This document shows, one piece after another, positions 7,311-15,347 of a stretch of DNA of 40,638 nucleotides (its first letter is position 1; every line of letters begins with the position of its first letter). This DNA is from an uncultured Candidatus Saccharibacteria bacterium. GTDB lineage: Bacteria > Patescibacteriota > Minisyncoccia > Phycocordibacterales > DATDWN01. The stretch is from contig CAZQKP010000001.1 of NCBI GenBank assembly GCA_964594005.1, forward strand, positions 1 to 40,638. The letters are read 5' to 3'. Position numbers and translations under genes: made by a program. The notes beneath the pieces are model-generated. The model saw nothing but the letters and a program-made list of their open reading frames with translations. It ran no database searches and was not told where the DNA came from.

Positions 7311-8341
7311 AAAGGATTTTTGGCACCGCGGATTTCAAAGTGTAAATGCACCCCAGTAGCTTTGCCAGTTGCGCCCATGCGACCAATAACCTGGCCCTGA
7401 TTTACGTGATCACCCACAGAAACTAGGGCCGCGCTCAAGTGACCATAAAGAGTCTGGGTACCATTACCATGTTTTATAACTATGTAAGAACCATAGCCTC
7501 CATTCCAACCAGAATTTTTGGAAATAATTACATCACCCTCTGCGGCAGCATAAATATTTGCTCCGTAGGATGAAGCTAAATCTACTCCATTGTGTCCATG
7601 AATACCTTGAGTTTTGATTCCACCAATAATTGGTCTCATATAGTATCCATCATAAACAGGATAAGAAGACCCTTGAGTGCCCACGCCCGTCTGGTTGTAT
7701 TTTTTAGAACCAGAGTTAGAAGTTGGTGCCATTTCTCCATCTGGAATTATAATCACATCTCCAATTGAAAGTTTGGAATTTTTAGTTAAATTGTTGTAAG
7801 AGAGAATTTCATTTAGATCACCCTTATACATCTTGGCAATACTCAAAAGCGTATCGCCGGACTTAACTACGTGTTGCACTCCCGAAATTGGCAAAATAAC
7901 TAATTTTTGCCCTGGGGTGAGGTTATTACTGGTTAAATCATTACCCCAACGAATTGTATTAACAGAAACACCAAACATTTTGGCTATATCAGGTAAAGTA
8001 TCCCCCGGCCTTACCACATAAATACTAATTTGATCATTGGTCGATGTTTTATCCTCCGAAACTTGAATATCCGGCGAAAGAGAGGTGCCGCCAACAATAG
8101 CTGGATCTGAGTCAGTGGTAGTAGAATTCTGGCCAGGTGAAATCACGGCCTGCAGTAAAGCAATTGTTTGAGAATTTGATTCAATTTCCTCTGCTTCTAC
8201 CTTACTGCCGCCCCCAAAACAGGACAAAATGTCAAAAAATCCGCAGGCACTTACGGAAATTGGTGTAAAAAATAACGCCAAAATAAGCGGATTGACCACT
8301 AAAACCGAAACTATGTTCACCGTTGCAAGCCACGATCCCAC
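7307..8341 (-). CDS. Secreted peptidoglycan hydrolase: 2x LysM + M23 metallopeptidase
   Basis: LysM repeats YVVRPGDTLPDIAKMFGVSVNTI and HVVKSGDTLLSIAKMYKGDLNEI. M23 motifs HNGVDLA and GATGKATGVHLHFE. N-terminal TM anchor. Confidence 0.9.
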   Translation of the reverse strand: MGSWLATVNIVSVLVVNPLILALFFTPISVSACGFFDILSCFGGGSKVEAEEIESNSQTIALLQAVISPGQNSTTTDSDPAIVGGTSLSPDIQVSEDKTSTNDQISIYVVRPGDTLPDIAKMFGVSVNTIRWGNDLTSNNLTPGQKLVILPISGVQHVVKSGDTLLSIAKMYKGDLNEILSYNNLTKNSKLSIGDVIIIPDGEMAPTSNSGSKKYNQTGVGTQGSSYPVYDGYYMRPIIGGIKTQGIHGHNGVDLASSYGANIYAAAEGDVIISKNSGWNGGYGSYIVIKHGNGTQTLYGHLSAALVSVGDHVNQGQVIGRMGATGKATGVHLHFEIRGAKNPF

Positions 8342-8457
8342 ATTTCTGACTTTTTCAAAAAAAGTAGCTCTTGTGTTTTTAAGACCTGTATCTTGCTTTG
8401 GATCTTTTTTTAAACCTGATATGAATTTAAAATTAAGACCATTCAGAATTGCCTGAA

Positions 8458-8489
8458 TAAATAAATGGCTCTGTTAAGCCATTTATTTA
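8458..8489. repeat. Perfect 13-bp inverted repeat (taaataaatggct / agccatttattta), 6-nt loop, in a divergent promoter region
   Basis: Arms at 8458-8470 and 8477-8489 are exact reverse complements. It lies between the starts of the M23 gene (-) and pcrA (+). Confidence 0.85.
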
Positions 8490-8616
8490 CAACATTACTG
8501 TATTAATTAAATTATATCGAAACTTTATAACAGAGGTCAATATTAATTGCCCACAGAATGTAAACAAGCTATTTTGTCAAAAAATAAAGAGAAAATTCCT
8601 ATGTTATAATCGCCAA

Positions 8617-10545
8617 GTGAATTATCTCGATTCTCTCAACGAAAACCAAAAAAAAGCTGCTCTCACCACAGAAGGACCAGTCATGATAGTCGCGGGAGCG
8701 GGCGCTGGGAAAACCAAAGCTATAACTTTCCGGATTTTTCATTTAATTCAAACCGGGGTTCCGGCAGAAAAAATCTTGGCTATTACGTTTACTAACAAAG
8801 CAGCCAAAGAAATGCGGGAGAGAGTGTTAAAAATGCTGGGAGAAGATGAAACTAGTTATAAATTTGGCAAAAAACTCCCTTTTATCAGTACCTTTCATGC
8901 TTTGGGAGTCCAAATAATTAAAGAGAATAACAGTTTACTTAATTTGCCAAAAAATTTTGGTATTTTAGATAAAAGTGACAGCAAAAAAGCCTTGAAAGAT
9001 GCTCTAGTTTCCGTAAACATAGACCCCAAAGAACATCTAGATGGAATTAGAAACATAATTTCTAGAGAAAAAGGTAGCGGAGTAAGCTTATCTAATTTTA
9101 TTAACCGAGAAAGTTATGACTTTACAGGTGATTTAGTCAAAAAAGCTTGGAGTAAGTACGAAGAAATTTTAAAAAAAGAAAATTCTCTAGATTTTGATGA
9201 TCTTTTGTTAAAAGCTTTGAAACTATTAGAAAATCAGAACATTTTGGAAAAATATCAAAATAGATTTTTGTATGTTCATATAGATGAATACCAGGATACA
9301 AACAAAGTTCAACACAAAATTGCTGAACTTTTGGCTAAAAAAAATAAAAATATTTGTGTAGTGGGAGATACGGATCAAAATATTTATAGCTGGCGAGGAG
9401 CAGAAATTAAAAATATGCTTCACTTTGAGAAAATCTACCCAGAGGTACAAACATTTTTTTTAGAGCAAAACTACCGTTCTACCAAAAACATTCTGTCGGT
9501 GGCAAATGAGATAATTGAAAAAAATAACTTTAGAATTCCTAAAAAACTTTTTACAGATAATGAAGTGGGGGAAAAAATTACTATTTTTAATGGCAGATCC
9601 GAAACAGAAGAGGCCCATTTTATCGCTCTTAAATCTAAGGAATTAATCGCGCGAGGTGTTCAATCAGAGGAAATTGCTGTTTTATATCGTGCTAATTTTC
9701 AATCGAGGGTCTTGGAAGAAGCATTTCTCTCCTATGGAGTACCCTATCAAATGCTGGGTACAAAATTTTTTGAAAGAAAGGAAATAAAAGATGTCATGAG
9801 TTTCTTGCGCCTCGCCTTAAATGGCGAAAATTTGATTGACTTAACCAGAGTTATTAATATTCCCCCACGTGGGATTGGTAAAATAACCTTACGTAAGATT
9901 GTTGAAGGCAAAGAAGATGAATTGCCAGATAATGTAAAAAATAAAATTAAGGACTTTCGAAAAATGGTCGATGGCTTTAAAACGGACGTGGAGAAAAGTA
10001 AGCCAAGTAATGCTCTTAAAGGGATTATCCAAAAATCAGGTATAGAAAAAATGTACGCCACAGATTCGGAAGAAGATATAGATAGGCTAGAAAATATTAT
10101 GGAGCTGGTTAGTTTGGGTAAAGAATATGATATTTATCCAATTCCAGAGGGTATCGAGAAATTCTTAACTGACACATCACTCACATCGGATCAAGATCTT
10201 TTAGACGGCAGTAAAAACGGAGTTAAACTTATGACGGTTCACTCTGCCAAGGGCTTGGAATTTGATTATGTTTTTATATCTGGTTTGGAAGACGGTTTAT
10301 TTCCGCACAATAAAAACGCAGAGAGAAAGAAAGGTGAGGATCTTGAAGAAGAAAGAAGACTATTTTATGTAGCTGTAACTCGAGCCAAAAATAAACTTTT
10401 TTTGACTTGGGCACAGTTTAGAACAATCTTTGGGTCATTTGAGGCAAACCTTTCATCCGAATTCATCAATGATATTTCTTCAAAATATATTGAGAATGAA
10501 AAATCCCTATTTGGCGTTGAATCAGCATATAGTATAGATTTCTAG
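8617..10545 (+). CDS. pcrA: UvrD/PcrA-type ATP-dependent DNA helicase (GTG start)
   Basis: LNENQKKAALTTEGPVMIVAGAGAGKTK (Walker A), HIDEYQDTN (motif II), VGDTDQNIYSWRGA, QNYRST, TVHSAKGLEF, and RRLFYVAVTRAKNKL. Confidence 0.93.
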   Translation: MNYLDSLNENQKKAALTTEGPVMIVAGAGAGKTKAITFRIFHLIQTGVPAEKILAITFTNKAAKEMRERVLKMLGEDETSYKFGKKLPFISTFHALGVQIIKENNSLLNLPKNFGILDKSDSKKALKDALVSVNIDPKEHLDGIRNIISREKGSGVSLSNFINRESYDFTGDLVKKAWSKYEEILKKENSLDFDDLLLKALKLLENQNILEKYQNRFLYVHIDEYQDTNKVQHKIAELLAKKNKNICVVGDTDQNIYSWRGAEIKNMLHFEKIYPEVQTFFLEQNYRSTKNILSVANEIIEKNNFRIPKKLFTDNEVGEKITIFNGRSETEEAHFIALKSKELIARGVQSEEIAVLYRANFQSRVLEEAFLSYGVPYQMLGTKFFERKEIKDVMSFLRLALNGENLIDLTRVINIPPRGIGKITLRKIVEGKEDELPDNVKNKIKDFRKMVDGFKTDVEKSKPSNALKGIIQKSGIEKMYATDSEEDIDRLENIMELVSLGKEYDIYPIPEGIEKFLTDTSLTSDQDLLDGSKNGVKLMTVHSAKGLEFDYVFISGLEDGLFPHNKNAERKKGEDLEEERRLFYVAVTRAKNKLFLTWAQFRTIFGSFEANLSSEFINDISSKYIENEKSLFGVESAYSIDF

Positions 10546-10546
10546 T

Positions 10547-11326
10547 ATGAAAGCCAAAAAATCACTGGGGCAACATTTTTTAAAGTCAGAAAATTTTCTT
10601 TCTTTGATCGTCAATTCCGCCAAAATAAATCCTGGGGATAATGTTTTGGAGATTGGGCCAGGGAAAGGAGCATTGACCGAAAAACTATTAAAGACTGGGG
10701 CAAGAGTTATTGCTGTTGAAAAAGACAAACGCTTAATTTCTTATTTAGAAGATAAATTTAAAGAAGAAATAAAAGAAAATAATTTAAAAATTATTGAAGA
10801 AGATATTTTAAAATTTGATATAAATAAGATTGATTTGCCATATAAACTAGTCGCCAATATCCCTTACTATATTACTGGGGCAATTTTCAGAAAATTTTTA
10901 GAAACTAGTAGGCAACCGAAGTTAATTACTTTGCTGGTCCAGAAAGAAATCGCCCAGAGGATTGTGGCAAAAGATAAAAAGGAGTCTATTTTATCGATAT
11001 CTGTAAAAATTTTCGGGGCGCCAAAATATATTAAAACAGTCCCGAGAGGGGCATTTAGTCCTAGCCCCAAGGTAGACTCTGCCATATTAAATATTGAAAA
11101 TATTTCTCACAAAAAGCTCGAAGGTCTGGATGAAAAAAAATTTTTTAAGATATTACATGCCGGTTTTAGTCACAAAAGAAAACAGCTAATATCCAATTTG
11201 AATAACCTGGAGAATAAAGATAGTCTAATCAAAATATTTGAGGACGTAGGTATTGATTTAAAAATTCGGGCGGAAGATTTAAGCGTTGAGACTTGGGTTT
11301 CTATTTGTAATAAAATAGATAAATGA
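10547..11326 (+). CDS. rsmA: 16S rRNA (adenine1518/1519-N6)-dimethyltransferase
   Basis: KKSLGQHFL, VLEIGPGKGALT (SAM site) and NIPYYIT motifs. Confidence 0.93.
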   Translation: MKAKKSLGQHFLKSENFLSLIVNSAKINPGDNVLEIGPGKGALTEKLLKTGARVIAVEKDKRLISYLEDKFKEEIKENNLKIIEEDILKFDINKIDLPYKLVANIPYYITGAIFRKFLETSRQPKLITLLVQKEIAQRIVAKDKKESILSISVKIFGAPKYIKTVPRGAFSPSPKVDSAILNIENISHKKLEGLDEKKFFKILHAGFSHKRKQLISNLNNLENKDSLIKIFEDVGIDLKIRAEDLSVETWVSICNKIDK

Positions 11327-12975
11327 CAGAAAGGGTTATAACCTACATAGAAAGTAGAGAATTTGGCGTAGTGAATTGGTTATTAGCTTTTACTTCCATA
11401 CTTTTTATAAGGTTTTTTTTAGAATCTATATCTAGCCCCACCAATTCAGGAGTAATTGCTTCAGATATATTCACCTTAGTTCATTATTTCTTGTTTTTTT
11501 TAACTCTGACTTTAGCTTCAGCAATAATTTTAAGCAGTTTAACAAAAAACTACTTCGCCAGTCTTAAGATACTTTTATTTGGACTACCACTATTATGGCT
11601 TGCACCTTTAATTGATATTTTTGTAAGCGGAGGAAAAGGATTCAAGATGTTATACGTTTTTGATACTGGGAAAAAACTTTTATCTGATTTTTTAACTTTT
11701 TTTGGATCAGATTTAACCCACGGAGTAACAATAGGCATAAGAATTGTTGTGGCATCAGCAATTTTATCTTTAGGCTATTATATTTGGCGCAAGACAAGAA
11801 AAATCTCTCGAGTCTTTTTGGCCATATTTTTTTTATACCTAGTTATTTTTATAATTGGCAGCTTGCCTGGAATTCTGTTCACCTTGATCCATTTAAACTC
11901 ACCTCTTAGTACAAACAACGAAGTAGTGAATTATTTTTCTAATTTAATTTTAAGATCAAGCATAACTCACAACACTCTGCACGACGGGATAAACTCTGTA
12001 CCTGTAACTAGATTTATAGAATTAGGTTTTGATAAAGTTCTCTCCCAAACACTTTTTATATTAAGTTTTATCTTGGGATTAATTTTTTTCTTTAAAAGCA
12101 CCAAAGAAAAGTTTTTGGCCATTATAAAAAATTCCAGAATCGAGAGGCTGACATTTTATAGCCTATCCCTGGCTTGTGGGATAGGTTTTGCTTACTTAAA
12201 TAAATTGGGCACACAATTTGTTTGGGTAGACTCTCTTGGTTTTATTTGTCTTTTCATCTCTTGGGCATGCCTTTGGTTACATGCAGTTTCGTTAAACGAT
12301 ATCGCCGATCTAAACATAGATAAAATTTCAAACCGGAACAGGCCACTTGTAAAAGACAAGCTATCAATTCAAGAAATGAAAGAAGTTTCTGGCCTCTGGC
12401 TTATGGCAGGACTATTGGGTGCGTGGTCCGCTGGATATTATCCTCTTTTTATGGCTTTAGTTTATGTAGCAGCTTCTTATATTTACTCTACCGAGCCGCT
12501 ACGACTGAGGCGGCTTCCTCTTGTACCATCTTTTTTAATAGGCGTTGCTTGCGCAGGAACAGTTCTAGCTGGTTTCTTCTTTACTTCCCAATACAAAGAT
12601 ATACAGATTTTCCCCATTTTTCTCTTGATTGGCATAATTCTCATGGTCACTCTCGCAATTAATTTTAAGGATGTGAAAGATATTGAGGGGGACAAGGCAA
12701 ATAACATAATGACTATACCCGTCTTATTTCCTAATTATGGAATTCGGATGGTGGCTTCACTTTTTGCATTGAGTATCTTACTTATTCCCATTTTTCTCTC
12801 CTCCTATTTTCTTTATTTGTTTTGCTTACCAGGAGCTGTAATCGGATACAGGTTAATTGTAAAAAAACCATACAACGAAAAGCATATATTTACCTTACGA
12901 TTTTTTCTTTTAGTCGCGATTGGCCTCACATATCTTTTGGTTTATTGGTACGGGAAATCAACCGGTATATTCTAG
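11323..12975 (+). CDS. Polytopic membrane protein: N-terminal half of unknown function fused to a C-terminal UbiA-family prenyltransferase
   Basis: C-terminal half carries LNDIADLNIDKISNRNRP (NDxxDxxxD) and FKDVKDIEGDKANNIMTIPV (second Asp-rich motif). The N-terminal ~270 aa are multi-TM with no recognisable motif. ATGA overlap with rsmA. Confidence 0.75.
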   Translation: MTERVITYIESREFGVVNWLLAFTSILFIRFFLESISSPTNSGVIASDIFTLVHYFLFFLTLTLASAIILSSLTKNYFASLKILLFGLPLLWLAPLIDIFVSGGKGFKMLYVFDTGKKLLSDFLTFFGSDLTHGVTIGIRIVVASAILSLGYYIWRKTRKISRVFLAIFFLYLVIFIIGSLPGILFTLIHLNSPLSTNNEVVNYFSNLILRSSITHNTLHDGINSVPVTRFIELGFDKVLSQTLFILSFILGLIFFFKSTKEKFLAIIKNSRIERLTFYSLSLACGIGFAYLNKLGTQFVWVDSLGFICLFISWACLWLHAVSLNDIADLNIDKISNRNRPLVKDKLSIQEMKEVSGLWLMAGLLGAWSAGYYPLFMALVYVAASYIYSTEPLRLRRLPLVPSFLIGVACAGTVLAGFFFTSQYKDIQIFPIFLLIGIILMVTLAINFKDVKDIEGDKANNIMTIPVLFPNYGIRMVASLFALSILLIPIFLSSYFLYLFCLPGAVIGYRLIVKKPYNEKHIFTLRFFLLVAIGLTYLLVYWYGKSTGIF

Positions 12976-12993
12976 TTGTGATAAAATATAAAA

Positions 12994-13857
12994 ATGCCTA
13001 GCAAGAAAATTCTATCCGTAATTGTTTTATCGGGCGCAACTATTTTAGCCACTTGGCTTATAGCGAGCGCCCCAAGCCAAACTTCAATTTCTTCGGCCCA
13101 AAAAGGTCAAGTCTATTCAATTAGTCGGGATGAAATTAAAACAAACGAGGATTGGAAAAAGATTTTAACCAATATAACGGAAGCTAGTTCAACGGTAGTT
13201 AACTTAACTCAGAACAAGGGCGATGATACTTTTGATGAAACCTCTCTCACCGGACAAATGTCTCGGGATTTTATGTCCGAATATTTACTTTTAAAAAAAG
13301 GAAACAAAACTCTCACTCAAGCGGATATAAATAAAATTATTAATGACGTATCTTCTGCTCCCCAATATAGCCAGACCCAAGCGGCAGTTTACATTGCATC
13401 AAATCTGCATGTTATTTATCAAAATGATAAGGCAACCTCGGAAAAATATAAGCAAAATATAAATTTAATTTTGAAAACAAGATCTCTCCAAATTAAAGAC
13501 AACCCGGTTTGGATACTGGACTATAGAGCTGGCCAACCCCAGAGCGTAAGCGCAAGTGTAAATCAGAGCGAGGATGCTGTCTTGGGGAGATTGGATGCAG
13601 TTACCTCAGTGGGCCAAAGTATTATATCTGATCTTCTAAACGTAAGTGTGCCAAGTGATGCAGTTTCAATTCATTTATCCCTTTTAAATGCTTTCAGCCA
13701 TCTTTTATCGGATGTACAATCTATGAGACTCATTACCAGCGACCCGGTAAAAGCTATGGTGGGCTTAAGTCAATATACTAACGATATTTCTAACTTCAAC
13801 GCTATTTTAGAGAGCTTAAATTCTTACTTTATAAAAACCACTGGTTCCTCATTATAA
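12994..13857 (+). CDS. Hypothetical membrane-anchored protein (first gene of the T4SS-like cluster)
   Basis: N-terminal anchor ILSVIVLSGATILATWLIA; the rest is hydrophilic and Ser/Asn/Gln-rich. No family recognised. Confidence 0.65.
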   Translation: MPSKKILSVIVLSGATILATWLIASAPSQTSISSAQKGQVYSISRDEIKTNEDWKKILTNITEASSTVVNLTQNKGDDTFDETSLTGQMSRDFMSEYLLLKKGNKTLTQADINKIINDVSSAPQYSQTQAAVYIASNLHVIYQNDKATSEKYKQNINLILKTRSLQIKDNPVWILDYRAGQPQSVSASVNQSEDAVLGRLDAVTSVGQSIISDLLNVSVPSDAVSIHLSLLNAFSHLLSDVQSMRLITSDPVKAMVGLSQYTNDISNFNAILESLNSYFIKTTGSSL

Positions 13858-13973
13858 TTTAAGCCAATTCTAGCCTTAGTTTTCAACAGAAAACCCTAGT
13901 TTTGGCCTTTTTTGTGTTATACAATTAACCTATCGACGGCCTTTTTTTAAAAAATAATAAGGCTAAAAAGTTT

Positions 13974-15347
13974 TTGGCGACGCTTTTAGTTGCTTTGCTT
14001 TTATTTACCTCTGCCCCCATACCTGTGCATGCTCAGTGGGTTGATATTGCACAGAGTATTAAGGAGTATGGCCTCGACCCCTTAGCCTGGTTTGCTGCAA
14101 ATTACGTAATAAAAAAAGTAGCTTCCCAAACCATAGCTTGGATAAACTCTGGTTTTAAAGGTAATCCAGGCTACTTAACGGATCCCAAACAATTTTTTCT
14201 AAATGTAGGCGACAGTGCTGCGGCAAATTTTTTAAGTGAAACAGCTCTAAATAAACTCTGCGCCCCCTTTGCTGTGAATATTAGACTGGCCTTAGTGCGA
14301 CACTACCTAAAAGCAGACCAAAATTACTCTTGCAGCTTGGGGGTTCTAAAAAATAATTACAGCCAATTTATAAATGATTTTAGCCAAGGCGGTTGGCAAG
14401 GCTGGTTTGAACTAACCCAGACAGACGCAAACAATCCCTACGGTGCTTATGTCGCCGCTCAAAATCAACTAGATTTAAAAGTAACCGAAGCTCAAGAAAC
14501 CAAAAAACAAGATATAAGCGCCGGCAGTGGATTCCTATCTTTTCAGCGCTGTGATCCAGATTATGTTGTTACTCAAGCCATGATTGACGAACTAGCTCAA
14601 ACTGAACCAGAGCTTGCCAGCCACTACCGGGTTGGAGATTGTTTTGAAGACCATTTTGAAAATGTTACACCTGGCAATGTTATCCAAAATCAGTTAAACA
14701 AGGTTTTGGGGAGTGGTGAAAGTAGAATTGAAGTTGCAGATGAGATAAGTGAAATAATAAGTGCTCTCTTAAATCAGCTTATTAATAAAGTCCTCTCTGG
14801 ATCTGGCACTGGAGGCTTAAAGGGAGCAAGTGAAGGAGGAAACAATTCTTTTTCTACCCAACTGGGCAACGAAAAAGAGCCCAACCCAAGTAGTAAAGGC
14901 TTTACTACCAACCCACCAAAATGTACTTGGGATCAAAATACTGGACAAATTTCATGTGAACAGCAAACCTGCACCGCTGATCCGGATACAGGGGAGACCA
15001 CTTGCACAGGCGGTGGCAACAGCTATTCCCAGGCTTCTTATGGAGGTAATGGTAATTGTAATGACGTGGGTGGAGATGGAGTTGGTTTCACAGAAGCAGA
15101 GTGGCAAGCCATAATCGTGGGGGCAGAATGTACACCAGATGTTACAAGTCAGGGCCTGCAGTGTGTCCTCGCTGCGGTTTCTCCTCACGGTGGCAGTGTA
15201 GAATTTGATAGCGCCGGAAACTTACGAGCCAGAGTTTATCTTACAGTCCCAAGTGCGGACCTAAGTTGTACTAAGGCGGTAGATATAAGCACAGCCACAG
15301 ATTGTGAAAACTGTGGAGGACAATGGACATGGATAAAAAGATTCTGA
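13974..15347 (+). CDS. Hypothetical secreted protein with a Cys-rich C-terminal domain (TTG start)
   Basis: Signal peptide LLVALLLFTSAPIPVHA/QW. The last ~140 aa (from 14922) contain 10 Cys (CTWDQ..C..C..C ... DCENC). Confidence 0.65.
   Translation: MATLLVALLLFTSAPIPVHAQWVDIAQSIKEYGLDPLAWFAANYVIKKVASQTIAWINSGFKGNPGYLTDPKQFFLNVGDSAAANFLSETALNKLCAPFAVNIRLALVRHYLKADQNYSCSLGVLKNNYSQFINDFSQGGWQGWFELTQTDANNPYGAYVAAQNQLDLKVTEAQETKKQDISAGSGFLSFQRCDPDYVVTQAMIDELAQTEPELASHYRVGDCFEDHFENVTPGNVIQNQLNKVLGSGESRIEVADEISEIISALLNQLINKVLSGSGTGGLKGASEGGNNSFSTQLGNEKEPNPSSKGFTTNPPKCTWDQNTGQISCEQQTCTADPDTGETTCTGGGNSYSQASYGGNGNCNDVGGDGVGFTEAEWQAIIVGAECTPDVTSQGLQCVLAAVSPHGGSVEFDSAGNLRARVYLTVPSADLSCTKAVDISTATDCENCGGQWTWIKRF

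Noticed and set aside
8602-8619. Extended -10 (TGTTATAAT, 8602-8610) only 6 nt before the pcrA GTG start, suggesting a leaderless mRNA.
   Set aside because: -10-like hexamers arise easily in AT-rich spacers, and leaderless translation normally needs AUG rather than GUG. Without TSS data this is not supportable.
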